Shown here: piece after piece, positions 13,134-23,449 of the stretch
Numbering within the stretch: position 1 is the stretch's first letter
How the letters are laid out: each line of letters starts with the position of its first letter
DNA from: an uncultured Bacillota bacterium
GTDB taxonomy: Bacteria; Bacillota; Clostridia; Peptostreptococcales; Anaerovoracaceae
Reading direction: 5' to 3'
Length of the DNA: 52,059 nt
Assembly: GCA_949290475.1 (NCBI GenBank)
Contig: CASESB010000082.1
Span: 1-52,059 of the forward strand
Notes under the pieces: model-generated
What the model was told of the DNA's origin: nothing
What the model saw: the letters and a program-made list of their open reading frames with translations, nothing else
Database searches by the model: none
Program-made: the position numbers and the translations under genes

Positions 13134-13820
13134 TCACAGCAGAAACGGCCACACGACGAATATGTAGAATATGCCGCAGCCGCATATATACGGGCCGAGC
13201 GGTCTGACGTCGTCCTTTTTGTATCTGCCTGAGGCCAGTCCTGCAGCGGCGATGATGCCGCTCAGAAGCGAAGCCCCGATAAGCACCGCCACCGTTCCCG
13301 TCACTCCCAGCGCCAGTCCGAGCGAAGCAAACAGCTTGACGTCTCCGAATCCCATGACCTCTTTTTTGAAGGCCGCGCCGCCCAGCACCGCCACCATCAT
13401 CATCACTCCGCCTCCTATGAGCGCACCCAGGAGCGGCTGCCACACGGAGCTGTGGTAAGGTATGAACCCCAGCGCAGATATGGCCAGCATGATCACGAAC
13501 TGATCGGGTATCACCATGTATTTGAGATCCGCCAGACCTATGATCAGCATGGCCCAACACGCAAATACCCCGGCTGCCGCCAGCCTTATATCGACAAACG
13601 AAAGCCGCACCAGCAGGCACGAAAATCCGGCGGCGTATATCCACCTCCACGGGAAGCCCTTGACACGCTGCACATGCGGATCGCTCAGCTCCTGCGAGGG
13701 CTTCTCGCCGTAATCGCACAGCCACTTCGCCGGCATCCTGTTGAACATATATACGGCAAAGAAGCCGGCTGCCGTTCCCACAGCCAGGCTCGCTGCGATC
13801 TTGATGATGATTATCAGCAT
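13134..13820 (-). CDS. Prepilin peptidase-like A24 family membrane peptidase
   Basis: Two-Asp signature: ADLKYMVIPD and MGFGDVKL; C-terminal PLGPYI; multiple TMs. Confidence 0.82.
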   Translation of the reverse strand: MLIIIIKIAASLAVGTAAGFFAVYMFNRMPAKWLCDYGEKPSQELSDPHVQRVKGFPWRWIYAAGFSCLLVRLSFVDIRLAAAGVFACWAMLIIGLADLKYMVIPDQFVIMLAISALGFIPYHSSVWQPLLGALIGGGVMMMVAVLGGAAFKKEVMGFGDVKLFASLGLALGVTGTVAVLIGASLLSGIIAAAGLASGRYKKDDVRPLGPYICGCGIFYIFVVWPFLL

Positions 13821-13846
13821 GTCATCACCTCCTAAAGCAATTTTTG

Positions 13847-14815
13847 TCAGCGCATCAGCGACATTATCGCACGCTTCATTTCTTCGGCGTCGGTTATGGC
13901 GTTCGTCCTGCGCCTGAGCGCTGCCGCGCCCCGCATGCCCTTAATATACCAGCCCACGTGTTTTCTGATCTCCCGCACGGCCACGCGCTCTCCCTTGTTA
14001 GCCGTCACCATGTCAAAATGCTCCAGCAGCATCTCCAGACGCTCGCGGTCGGACGGCGGCTCCGGCAGCTCACCGTGCTCCCACAGAGCCGTCGCGTCTC
14101 TGAATATCCACGGATTGCCCATAGCGCCGCGGGCAATCATCACCCCGTCGCAGCCGGTGCGCTCCATCATGGCGACGGCGTCGCTGCCGCTCATGACGTC
14201 ACCGTTGCCTATAACGGGGATCGACACGCTCGCCTTGACTCTGGCTATCGCCTCCCAGTCGGCCTTTCCCTCGTAATACTGTTCTCTGGTTCTGCCGTGG
14301 ACGGTCACCGCCGACGCCCCGGCCGCCTCGGCAGCCCTGGCAGTCTCCACCGCCGTATCGCTCCCGCGCTCAAAGCCCATCCTGAACTTAACTGTCACCG
14401 GCTTTCCCGCCTCCGCGACCATGGCTTTCACCACATCATAGAGCACGTCGAGACGCTTCAGCAGCGCCGAGCCTTCGCCGTTCTTCACCACCTTGGGCAC
14501 CGGGCACCCGGCGTTGAGATCCAGCACCGCGTTTCCTTCATCCCTGAGCTCCCTGGCCGCGAAGGCCATTATTTCCGGATCGCTGCCGAAGAGCTGAAAG
14601 CCAACGGGTCCTTCGTCCTCGGCGATCTCAAGCAGCTCCCTGCTCTTCCTGTCGCCGTACCACAGGCCCTTGGCGCTGACCATTTCCGTATATACTAAAG
14701 AAGCCCCCTGCCGGCGGCATAGGCTTCTCATCGCTTTATCTGTTATTCCCGCAAGAGGCGCCAGGAAAAACGGCGTTTCGGGGCAGAAGCTGCCGAGCTT
14801 AAAAGTCGCCTTCAC
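13847..14815 (-). CDS. dusB: tRNA dihydrouridine synthase DusB
   Basis: [44 protein letters not shown]; GTG 14815 with AGGAG RBS. Confidence 0.93.
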   Translation of the reverse strand: MKATFKLGSFCPETPFFLAPLAGITDKAMRSLCRRQGASLVYTEMVSAKGLWYGDRKSRELLEIAEDEGPVGFQLFGSDPEIMAFAARELRDEGNAVLDLNAGCPVPKVVKNGEGSALLKRLDVLYDVVKAMVAEAGKPVTVKFRMGFERGSDTAVETARAAEAAGASAVTVHGRTREQYYEGKADWEAIARVKASVSIPVIGNGDVMSGSDAVAMMERTGCDGVMIARGAMGNPWIFRDATALWEHGELPEPPSDRERLEMLLEHFDMVTANKGERVAVREIRKHVGWYIKGMRGAAALRRRTNAITDAEEMKRAIMSLMR

Positions 14816-15647
14816 CGTACTCCTGCCTTTCCTGCATCTCCTTGTAATCGACCTTCCTGTTCTTGCGGTTCTTTTCGTATATGAGCTCCAGACCCTCAAG
14901 GGTCAGCATCTTATCCACATAATCTATGCAGTCTATGCCCGAATCTATCATAGTGGCCAGGCCTCCGGTAGCTATGACCTTGACCTCCTTCGATTCATCG
15001 CCGCTGTACTCCTGCAGCTCCTTCTTCATCTTCTTGACGATATAATCCACCACGCCCATGTGACCGTACACCAGCCCGGACTGCATGCTGTTGATCGTGT
15101 TCCTGCAGATTACGCGGCCCGGCACCTCCAGCTCGACCTTAGGCAGCTTGGCCGTCTTCTCAAAAAGCGCTTCCGAGGATATCTTGAGCCCCGGGGCGAT
15201 AGTTCCGCCCAGGTACTCCGCCTTCTCGGATATGGCGCAAAAGGTCGTAGCCGTTCCGAAGTCTATGATGATGAGCGGACCGCCGTACTTGGCGTGCGCC
15301 GCCACGGCGTTTACTATCCTGTCGGAGCCCACCTGCTTGGGGTTGTCGTATTTTACGACTATCCCTGTCTTGATCCCGGCTCCTATGACTATAGCCTTCC
15401 TGTGGAAATATTTTACCGACAGATGCTGCAGCGTATACAGCACAGACGGCACAACCGTGGATATTATGACGTCGTTGACGTCCTTCATATTGAGTCCCTC
15501 GTATCTGAAGAGGGCTCCTATTATCATCCCGTACTCGTCGGCGCTCTTATTGTTGTCGGTCTCCAGTCGCCAGTTGGTGATCATCTTGCCGTCCTTGAAA
15601 ACGCCCAGTACTATGTTCGTGTTTCCAACATCGAATGCCAGTAGCAT
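14799..15647 (-). CDS. coaX: Type III pantothenate kinase
   Basis: DVGNTN, VGSDR, DFGTATT, GGTIAPG, ATGG. Confidence 0.96.
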   Translation of the reverse strand: MLLAFDVGNTNIVLGVFKDGKMITNWRLETDNNKSADEYGMIIGALFRYEGLNMKDVNDVIISTVVPSVLYTLQHLSVKYFHRKAIVIGAGIKTGIVVKYDNPKQVGSDRIVNAVAAHAKYGGPLIIIDFGTATTFCAISEKAEYLGGTIAPGLKISSEALFEKTAKLPKVELEVPGRVICRNTINSMQSGLVYGHMGVVDYIVKKMKKELQEYSGDESKEVKVIATGGLATMIDSGIDCIDYVDKMLTLEGLELIYEKNRKNRKVDYKEMQERQEYGEGDF

Positions 15648-15664
15648 GTCCTGTTCTTCTCCTT

Positions 15665-16108
15665 CTACTTAATGATTATGAGGGCCTCTCCGGCGTTTAC
15701 CGCCGCGCCCTTTTCTGCGGCGACCGCAGTCACCGTTCCCGAAATGGTTGCCGTGATCTCGTTTTCCATCTTCATAGCCTCGAGTATGGCCACTACGTCT
15801 CCGGCCGTAACGTGCTGACCGACAGACACCTTGATGTCGATCACAGTTCCCGGCATCGGCGCCGGTACCGTTACTTCTCCCTCTCCGGCAGTCACCGGTG
15901 AAACGGACGGCTCCGGCTTTGCTTCCGTCTGCCCGCTGCCCGTCGCCGCAGGAGCCGCAGTCTCTTCCGCAACTGCTTCCTTCGCCGTCGGCGCTTCGGC
16001 AGCGGCTGGCGCTGCTGCAGCAGTTGTGCTGCCTGCGGCTGCTGTGCCGACCTCTTCCACTTCTACTTCATATGTCTTGCCGTTTACGGTGATATTGTAC
16101 TTTTTCAT
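15665..16108 (-). CDS. Biotin carboxyl carrier protein (decarboxylase gamma subunit type)
   Basis: [18 protein letters not shown]-terminus, Ala/Pro-rich linker, EAMKMENEI biotinylation motif. Confidence 0.92.
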   Translation of the reverse strand: MKKYNITVNGKTYEVEVEEVGTAAAGSTTAAAAPAAAEAPTAKEAVAEETAAPAATGSGQTEAKPEPSVSPVTAGEGEVTVPAPMPGTVIDIKVSVGQHVTAGDVVAILEAMKMENEITATISGTVTAVAAEKGAAVNAGEALIIIK

Positions 16109-16141
16109 AGATCCCGTTTCCTTCCAAAATAATGATAACAG

Positions 16142-16555
16142 TTAAACCCTTCTGCTTTCCATCTGATCTCTTCTGGCAGCCATTGTCCATGGCGTCCCCG
16201 GATCAGCAATCCTCCTGATCCGCCTGATGATCAAACCGCTGCCGCCGGCTTCCGCAGCATATGCCGCGATCGCTGCCGCTATCACGGCCACCAGCTCATC
16301 CTCGTCCATGCCGGCGTCCGCTGCCGTTCCCTGAAGCTCCTCTTCCTTCTGCTTCTGGGGCCTGGCCGCTACGGCCATGTCTATCATCCTTCGCAGCGCC
16401 TCAGGCGGACTTGCCGTCGTCCGATCCTCAGCAGCAGTTTTCTCGGCAGCCATCATCGCCAGCCACACTATCCCCACGACGCAGGCGGCGATCGCCAGCC
16501 CTATGATGACCGCGAACACAGGCGATGAGCTGTAGTACATTTCCGTAATACTCAT
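16142..16555 (-). CDS. OadG/MmdD-type Na+-pump decarboxylase delta subunit
   Basis: Single N-terminal TM, then ELVAVIAAAIAAY...IRRI...W...R motif; lies between carboxyltransferase and biotin carrier. Confidence 0.75.
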   Translation of the reverse strand: MSITEMYYSSSPVFAVIIGLAIAACVVGIVWLAMMAAEKTAAEDRTTASPPEALRRMIDMAVAARPQKQKEEELQGTAADAGMDEDELVAVIAAAIAAYAAEAGGSGLIIRRIRRIADPGTPWTMAARRDQMESRRV

Positions 16556-16566
16556 GATGCCACCTC

Positions 16567-18114
16567 CTAAAGCGGTATGTTGCCGTGCTTTTTGGCAGGC
16601 AGCGTTTCCCTCTTGGTGCTGAGCATATCGAACGCGCTTATGACTCGCTGCCTCGTCGTCGCCGGTTCGATCACATCGTCCACGTAGCCGAGACCGGCCG
16701 CTATGTAAGGATTGTTGAATTTCTCTTCGTATTCCGCTATCTTTTCAGCCCTGAGAGCCTCCGGATCATCTGCCTCCTTGATCTCCTTCTTGACCGAGGA
16801 AATGATATTCACGGCGCCCGATGCGCCCATGACCGCGATCTGCGCCGTAGGCCACGCGAATACAAGATCCGCGCCCAGTTCCTTGTTACACATGCCTATA
16901 TAGGCACCGCCGTAGGCCTTTCTCAGTATGACCGTCACCTTCGGCACCGTCGCCTCGCAATAGGCGTACAGCATCTTGGCTCCGTGCCTGATGATGCCGC
17001 CGTACTCCTGTCCCGTTCCCGGCAGGAAGCCCGGCACATCCTCTATCGTCAGCAGCGGTATGTTGAAGGCGTCGCATCGCCTGATAAATCTGGCCGCTTT
17101 GTCCGAAGCGTCTATGTCCAGACATCCGGCTCCGAATCGCGGCTGATTGGCTATGACGCCCACCGTGGATCCGTCCAGCCTGATAAAACAAGTGATGATA
17201 TTCTTCGCGTAATGCGGCATCACGTCGTAGAACTTCCCGTCGTCCGCCAGCTTTACTATGATGTCGTACATATCATAAGCCTTGTTTGGATTGTCCGGTA
17301 TTATCTCGTTGAACTCCGGTATCATCCTGTTGACATCGTCGTCACATCCGTATACCGGAGGCGTTTCCGTATTGTTTGACGGCATGTAGCTCAGCAGCTC
17401 CCTTACCATCAGCAGCGTTTCCTCGTCGTCCCTGCCGACAAAGTGAGCGACGCCGCTCCTGGTATTGTGGGTCATGGCGCCTCCGAGCTGCTCCGCCGTC
17501 ACCGTCTCGCCCGTCACCGTCTTGATGACCTGCGGGCCGGTGATGAACATCTGGCTCGTCTTATCGACCATGAACACGAAATCCGTTATCGCCGGCGAAT
17601 ACACCGCTCCTCCGGCGCACGGGCCCATTATTACCGATATCTGCGGGATCACTCCCGAAGATATCGTATTGTTCCTGAATATCTTGCCGAAGCCGGAAAG
17701 CGCCGCCACGCCCTCCTCGACCCTGGCTCCGCCCGAGTCCTGAAGCCCCACGACAGGCGCGCCCATCTTGAGCGCCATCTCCTGCACCTTCACTATCTTC
17801 TCGGCGTGATACTCTCCCAGCGAGCCGCCGCTGACCGTGAAATCCTGTGCAAAAGCGAATACGAGCCTGCCCTCGATCTGGCCGTATCCCGTCACGACGC
17901 CGTCGCCCGGCAGATCCTTCTCGTCCATGCCGAAGTTGCTGCACCTGTGCTTCACGAAGGCGTCGATCTCCACGAAGCTGTCCTCGTCAAAAAGAATCGC
18001 CAGCCTTTCTCTGGCCGTCAGCTTGCCCTTGTCGTGCTGCGCCTTTATCCTCTTCTCTCCTCCGCCCTGCGAGAGCTTTTCCTTCATCTCGCGGAGCTGA
18101 TCAAGCTTATTCAT
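16567..18114 (-). CDS. mmdA: Acyl-CoA carboxyltransferase (methylmalonyl-CoA decarboxylase alpha / propionyl-CoA carboxylase beta family)
   Basis: GKLTARER, QDFTVSGGSLG, DSGGAR, GPCAGGAVYSPA, DVPGFLPG, KKHGNIPL. Confidence 0.88.
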   Translation of the reverse strand: MNKLDQLREMKEKLSQGGGEKRIKAQHDKGKLTARERLAILFDEDSFVEIDAFVKHRCSNFGMDEKDLPGDGVVTGYGQIEGRLVFAFAQDFTVSGGSLGEYHAEKIVKVQEMALKMGAPVVGLQDSGGARVEEGVAALSGFGKIFRNNTISSGVIPQISVIMGPCAGGAVYSPAITDFVFMVDKTSQMFITGPQVIKTVTGETVTAEQLGGAMTHNTRSGVAHFVGRDDEETLLMVRELLSYMPSNNTETPPVYGCDDDVNRMIPEFNEIIPDNPNKAYDMYDIIVKLADDGKFYDVMPHYAKNIITCFIRLDGSTVGVIANQPRFGAGCLDIDASDKAARFIRRCDAFNIPLLTIEDVPGFLPGTGQEYGGIIRHGAKMLYAYCEATVPKVTVILRKAYGGAYIGMCNKELGADLVFAWPTAQIAVMGASGAVNIISSVKKEIKEADDPEALRAEKIAEYEEKFNNPYIAAGLGYVDDVIEPATTRQRVISAFDMLSTKRETLPAKKHGNIPL

Positions 18115-18134
18115 CTGCTCGTCCTCCTTAGCTC

Positions 18135-19388
18135 CTATCCCCTGAATCTCTTATGGAGCGGATATTTGTCCGTCAGCTCCCTGACGATGCCTCTGGCCTT
18201 TTCCATGGCTTCACCGTCATCCGGATTGTCTATGACGAGGGCGATAGCCTCGACCGTCCTTCTCACATCCTCCTCCTTGAAGCCCCTGCTGGTCATAGCC
18301 GGCGTGCCCAGCCTCAGGCCGCTGGTTATGAACGGGCTCTGAGGGTCGTCAGGTATGGTATTCTTATTAGTCGTTATATTGGCTTCATCGAGCAGGTTCT
18401 CGGCTCTCTTGCCGGTGATGTTCTTGTTCACCAGCTTCACCAGCACGAGATGGTTGTCCGTGCCTCCCGACACGAGCTCAAAGCCCTTATCGTTGAGCGC
18501 CTCAGCCAGCGCCTGAGCGTTGGCGATCACCTGCCTCTGATATTCTATGAAGTCCGGTTCCATGGCTTCCTTGAAGCATACGGCCTTAGCGGCTATTATG
18601 TGCATCAGCGGGCCGCCCTGCGATCCCGGGAATATCGCCTTGTCTATGGCGTTTGCGTACTCCTCCGTACAAAGTATGAGCCCGCCTCGCGGTCCTCTGA
18701 GCGTCTTGTGCGTAGTGCTGGTAACGATGTCGGCGTATTCCATCGGATTCGGATGCAGCCCCGCCGCCACCAGTCCGGCTATATGAGCCATGTCTACCAT
18801 GAGGACAGCGCCCACCTCGTCGGCGATCTTTCTGAATCTGTCCGTCTCTATGATCCTCGGATAAGCCGAGGCTCCGGCTACGATCAGCTTCGGCCTGTGT
18901 TTGAGCGCCAGCTCGCGTACATTGTCAAAATCTATCATTTCCGTCTGCGGATCGAGTCCGTACGGCACGAAATTATAGAGCTTTCCCGAAAGGTTGACCG
19001 GCGAACCGTGCGTGAGGTGACCGCCGTTTGACAGATCCATGCCCAGCACCGTATCCCCCGGCTCCAGCACCGCCTGGTACGCAGCCAGGTTGGCGTTCGA
19101 TCCGCAGTGCGGCTGCACGTTGGCGTGATCGGCTCCGAACAGCTTTTTTGCACGCTCTATGGCCAGCGTCTCAACCTCGTCTACGAACTCGCATCCGCCG
19201 TAGTATCTCTTGCCGGGATAGCCTTCGGCATATTTGTTTGTCAGCGCGCTGCCCGCCGCCTCCATGATCTCGTAATTCACGAAATTCTCCGACGCGATCA
19301 TCTCGATCTTCGTCTCCTGCCTGTCAACTTCCCTTTTAATAGCCGCCGTTATCTCCGGGTCGGCTTTTTCAAGATAATTAAAATACAT
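18135..19388 (-). CDS. glyA: Serine hydroxymethyltransferase
   Basis: [41 protein letters not shown]. Confidence 0.98.
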   Translation of the reverse strand: MYFNYLEKADPEITAAIKREVDRQETKIEMIASENFVNYEIMEAAGSALTNKYAEGYPGKRYYGGCEFVDEVETLAIERAKKLFGADHANVQPHCGSNANLAAYQAVLEPGDTVLGMDLSNGGHLTHGSPVNLSGKLYNFVPYGLDPQTEMIDFDNVRELALKHRPKLIVAGASAYPRIIETDRFRKIADEVGAVLMVDMAHIAGLVAAGLHPNPMEYADIVTSTTHKTLRGPRGGLILCTEEYANAIDKAIFPGSQGGPLMHIIAAKAVCFKEAMEPDFIEYQRQVIANAQALAEALNDKGFELVSGGTDNHLVLVKLVNKNITGKRAENLLDEANITTNKNTIPDDPQSPFITSGLRLGTPAMTSRGFKEEDVRRTVEAIALVIDNPDDGEAMEKARGIVRELTDKYPLHKRFRG

Positions 19389-19429
19389 CTCCCTCTCCTA
19401 TCCTCTATACATTACAGCATCTCCGCGCC

Positions 19430-20998
19430 TCAGCTGACTACCCTTTCCAGCCGCTTCAGCGCCAGGGCCATGGTAAGTCCCGGTATTATCCTGTTACCGG
19501 TGATCTCCACGCCCAGCATTTCATTGATCTTTTTCAGCCTGTACTGGACCGTATTGGCATGTATGCCCATGAATTCAGCAGTCTTGCCGCTGTTCATGCC
19601 GGCGTCCAGCACGAATGTCTCAAGGGTCTCCAGAAGCTGTCTGCCCTTGTTTTCTCCCGCCTCCTTAAAAGGCTCCAGCAGCTCCATGTAATTCTTCTTC
19701 ACGAAACCGCCCTGTATCTGTATGTTTATGCAGTTGCTGACAAGCGTCAGCTCGTACTTTGTGAACACTCTCTTGTAAGGGAACACGCTCTGTACGAACG
19801 ACCAGCTCTCGCTTATGAGTCTGTAGGCGTCTCCGGCTCCCTCGATCCCGTTGAGCCCGGTGACGTGGAATATACGCGCCTTCTTATTTCCCTTCAGCTT
19901 GTCAAAGAGCTGCACGCAGCTGTTCTTGAGCACATGCGTCGGCTTTTCGTCCTCGAACGTCAGTATCATCCCGTACGTCTCGTCTCCCTCGGTGATCTTC
20001 ATCACGTTGAGATCCTCTTCCTTTTCAAACTCGGCGAATACGTGGTTTTCGATCTCCGAGCTGATGCCCTTGGAAAAGAACACGCTGAGAATGTCGTCTC
20101 CGTTTATCTTCGCCTCGTCCTTGAGCGTATAGGCCAGGCTCTTGTTGCCCCTCATGAGCGCCTTTATGAACTCCGCCTTGGCGTCGCGCTCAGGCGTATA
20201 CTTCCACATGCCCATGGCCAGCTCGATGATCTCCGCCAGCTTTGTTATCTCGCCGGCCGTATAGGAATCCTCGTTGTCCACGATGAACATGTAGTACTTC
20301 TCGTTGTTGATCGTCACAGGCCCCCAGTAAGTCAGAACGCCGTTGACATCTATCATCGTATAGGCCTTAGAGCTGCTTTCCACATTGCGCTCCTTGCCCA
20401 GCTTGATGGCGTCCGATATCGTGGCCTTGTGGCGCGTCTCCACGGTCAGTATGGGATTGAAATCCTCGCTCAGTATTATCAGCTGAAAATCGTTGTTTAT
20501 CGCCGCTTCCCTCACCGCTGACTGAAAATTGCTGTGCTTCTCGAAGTTGAGCAGATGGAACACGGTGTTGCTGATAAGGCTGTTGCGGAAATTATCTCCG
20601 TACAGCACCTTGTCCATCACCTCGGTAATGGCCGCAGCGTAATTTGCTCCTGCCGGCATTACTATCAGCGGCAGCAGCTCTCTTTCCGCAGCCTCGATCA
20701 CCGCGGCATCCGGCAAAGCCTCGTCCTTTCCCGTACCGTATACTGCGAGAGCCGCGCATCCGCGGGCAGCGACCTCGTGTATGAGCGCGCGCTGCTTTTC
20801 CGCATCGTTCCTTATTCCCGCAAAGCCCGTCAGCAGTATCTCGGTTTTTTCCGCGCCGCAAAGCTCCAGCCCCTCGTCGGCGGAGGCATCCAGAACGGAT
20901 ATGGCCTTAACGTCGTTTGACAGATTGAGCTTCCCCGCAACGACTTCCGCTCCCCTGAAGGCATCGAGCTCCAGGCAGTCCGCAACTGTGACTCTCAT
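19430..20998 (-). CDS. PucR/CdaR-family transcriptional regulator
   Basis: N-terminal PucR-like sensing domain (VTVADCLEL...AEVVAG...EILLT) and C-terminal HTH (LLETLETF...TAEFMGIHANTVQYRLKKI). Confidence 0.85.
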   Translation of the reverse strand: MRVTVADCLELDAFRGAEVVAGKLNLSNDVKAISVLDASADEGLELCGAEKTEILLTGFAGIRNDAEKQRALIHEVAARGCAALAVYGTGKDEALPDAAVIEAAERELLPLIVMPAGANYAAAITEVMDKVLYGDNFRNSLISNTVFHLLNFEKHSNFQSAVREAAINNDFQLIILSEDFNPILTVETRHKATISDAIKLGKERNVESSSKAYTMIDVNGVLTYWGPVTINNEKYYMFIVDNEDSYTAGEITKLAEIIELAMGMWKYTPERDAKAEFIKALMRGNKSLAYTLKDEAKINGDDILSVFFSKGISSEIENHVFAEFEKEEDLNVMKITEGDETYGMILTFEDEKPTHVLKNSCVQLFDKLKGNKKARIFHVTGLNGIEGAGDAYRLISESWSFVQSVFPYKRVFTKYELTLVSNCINIQIQGGFVKKNYMELLEPFKEAGENKGRQLLETLETFVLDAGMNSGKTAEFMGIHANTVQYRLKKINEMLGVEITGNRIIPGLTMALALKRLERVVS

Positions 20999-23301
20999 TA
21001 ACCATTCCTCTTTTCTTCATCATCGGCGACGCTGTCGTCACTGCCGGCGCTGTCATCATCGACCTCGTCAGCCTCTTCCTCCGCTTCGTCGTCCGCCTCC
21101 TCGTCGTCATCGGCGTTGAGATAGTCCGTATCGTATACGGCCAGTTCCTCTTCGCTCGGCATATCGTCGTCAACGTCAGCAGTCAGATCGCCTTCGATAT
21201 CCTCCTGATCCGGCTCCTGATCGTCCTGCGGAGGAACCTGATCGTCCTTTGCCAGATGATCCGGGTCAAAAGGCTCTGCGGTCTTGCTCTGATCGTTGTA
21301 TATCATCATCGCCGGCTTCGATCTTGAAGTCCCGTTCTTTTCCTCGAGCTGCTTCGCGGCTTCCTCCTGACGCTTTCTCTCGCGCTCGGCTTCCTTCTTT
21401 CTCATCCTCGCCGACTGAGCCGCTTCCTTCTCGTCTCTGGCGCGCTTCTCCTCCAGCTGCGCCTTCAGCTCCTCTGCCAGCTCCTTCGGCGTCAGCACGC
21501 CGTCGTAGAGCTTCACGAACTGATCGTGATCGAGCGTCTCCACCTCAAGCAGCCCCTCTGCGACAGCCTTCAGCTGCTCCATGTGCTCCTTGAGTATGGC
21601 CTTGGCAGCATCGTACGCTTCTTCTATTATCGCCTTTACTTCCTCGTCTATCTCCGAGGCCGTTTCCTCCGAGTAATTCTTCCTGGTCGAGAAATCCTTG
21701 CCCAGGAACACCTCATCCGAGGAGCTGTAGTTCACAGGACCCAGCTTCTCGCTGAATCCGTACTTGGTCACCATCTCCTTGGCTATATCGGTAGCTCGCT
21801 GTATATCGTTGCTGGCTCCGGTGCTGATATCGTCCAGCGTCAGCATCTCCGCCACACGGCCGCCCAGAAGATGGATGATCTGCTCGCGCATGGTCTCCTT
21901 GGTGCCGTAGTATTTGTCCTCCTTAGGCAGGATCATCGTGAATCCGCCCGCTCTTCCTCTCGGTATGATGGTTATCTGATGGACAGGATCGGTCTTAGGC
22001 AGCACGTGCGCCACGACGGCATGACCCGCCTCGTGATAAGCCGTCAGCTTTCTTTCCTCTTCGCTTATGACACGGCTCTTCTTTTCCGGTCCGGCGATGA
22101 CCTTGGTTATCGCCTCTTCTATTTCCTCCATCCTTATCTTCATGCCGTTTCTCCTGGCTGCCAGGAGCGCCGCCTCGTTGAGCATGTTCTCTATGTCAGC
22201 TGGCGAAAAGCCCGGAGTCCTTCTGGCAAGCACCTTAGGATCGACGTCCTTATCGAGAGGCTTGTTTCTCGAATGTATCCTGAATATCTCCTCTCTGCCG
22301 ACGATATCAGGTATGCCGATCACTATCTGCCTGTCAAATCTGCCCGGCCTCAGAAGCGCCGGATCCAGCACGTCAGGCCTGTTGGTGGCCGCCAGGATTA
22401 TGATGCCGGCGTTATCGGCAAAGCCATCCATCTCCACCAGCAGCTGGTTCAGCGTCTGTTCTCTTTCATCGTGGCCGCCGCCGAGCCCTGCGCCTCTCTT
22501 ACGTCCTACCGCGTCTATCTCATCTATGAACACGATGCACGGCGCGTTTTTCTTGGCCTGCTCGAACAGGTCACGCACTCTCGAGGCTCCGACTCCGACG
22601 AACATCTCCACGAAGTCCGAACCGCTGATGGTGAAAAACGGTACGCCCGCTTCTCCGGCGGTCGCCCTCGATATATAAGTCTTACCTGTTCCCGGAGGGC
22701 CTACCAGCAGGATACCCTTCGGGATCCTGGCTCCCAGACTGTTATACTTGGCCGGGTGTCGCAGAAAGTCTACGATCTCCTCCAGCTCTTCCTTTTCCTC
22801 CTTGAGTCCCGCAACGTCCTTGAACGTGATCTTCTTCAGGTCGCTGTCCTTCTGCAGCTTGGCCCGGCTCTTGCCGAATGACATGGCTTTGCCCCCGCCT
22901 CCGCTCTGGTTCATGATCAGTATGAAGAACACGACCATGATGCCGATCATGATGAACGTCGGCAGCAGGCTCAGGAGCACCGACTCCTGCTCCGGCTCGT
23001 CGCTCTCCAGATTCAGATCCCCCTCGTTGACCTGCGGCATTATATATGACTCGTATATGTAGTTGAGATCCACTATGCTGTTGACATATGCGTACACAGT
23101 GTCTCCGGACTTGAGCTCTGCTGTCAGCTTCGTTTCGGTGACGTTGATGGTCTTGACCTCATTGTCCTGGAGATATTCTATCATCCTTGAGGTCCTGATC
23201 TCCTTCTGCGGTTCTTCGTTTCCGCTGTTGTAGAACCATACCATCGCCAATACAAGTCCGAATATGACTACATATATCCCGATGTTTCTAGCTTTTTTCA
23301 A
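20998..23301 (-). CDS. ftsH: ATP-dependent zinc metalloprotease FtsH
   Basis: Two N-terminal TMs, [19 protein letters not shown]; TTG start with AGGAGG RBS; long acidic C-terminal tail. Confidence 0.98.
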   Translation of the reverse strand: MKKARNIGIYVVIFGLVLAMVWFYNSGNEEPQKEIRTSRMIEYLQDNEVKTINVTETKLTAELKSGDTVYAYVNSIVDLNYIYESYIMPQVNEGDLNLESDEPEQESVLLSLLPTFIMIGIMVVFFILIMNQSGGGGKAMSFGKSRAKLQKDSDLKKITFKDVAGLKEEKEELEEIVDFLRHPAKYNSLGARIPKGILLVGPPGTGKTYISRATAGEAGVPFFTISGSDFVEMFVGVGASRVRDLFEQAKKNAPCIVFIDEIDAVGRKRGAGLGGGHDEREQTLNQLLVEMDGFADNAGIIILAATNRPDVLDPALLRPGRFDRQIVIGIPDIVGREEIFRIHSRNKPLDKDVDPKVLARRTPGFSPADIENMLNEAALLAARRNGMKIRMEEIEEAITKVIAGPEKKSRVISEEERKLTAYHEAGHAVVAHVLPKTDPVHQITIIPRGRAGGFTMILPKEDKYYGTKETMREQIIHLLGGRVAEMLTLDDISTGASNDIQRATDIAKEMVTKYGFSEKLGPVNYSSSDEVFLGKDFSTRKNYSEETASEIDEEVKAIIEEAYDAAKAILKEHMEQLKAVAEGLLEVETLDHDQFVKLYDGVLTPKELAEELKAQLEEKRARDEKEAAQSARMRKKEAERERKRQEEAAKQLEEKNGTSRSKPAMMIYNDQSKTAEPFDPDHLAKDDQVPPQDDQEPDQEDIEGDLTADVDDDMPSEEELAVYDTDYLNADDDEEADDEAEEEADEVDDDSAGSDDSVADDEEKRNG

Positions 23302-23368
23302 ATTATCTTTCCTCCTGCTATCGTTTTGATCTATCTTTTTTTGTGAATATATACAAATTTATCATGTA

Positions 23369-23397
23369 ATTTTATCATGTAAATCAGTTGCCTTCAA
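23369..23397 (-). promoter_or_regulatory. Sigma-A-type promoter of ftsH
   Basis: TTGAAG-N17-TAAAAT with a TG extension. Confidence 0.5.
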
Positions 23398-23449
23398 TAA
23401 GATGCAGGCTTTTTTTATGTAAATTCACACAAATTTCAGTTTACCTTCG

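Noticed and set aside
23341-23356. Rex operator (TTGTGAATATATACAA) upstream of ftsH
   Set aside because: Two nt shorter than the 18-bp TTGTGAA-N4-TTCACAA consensus, with a poor right arm.
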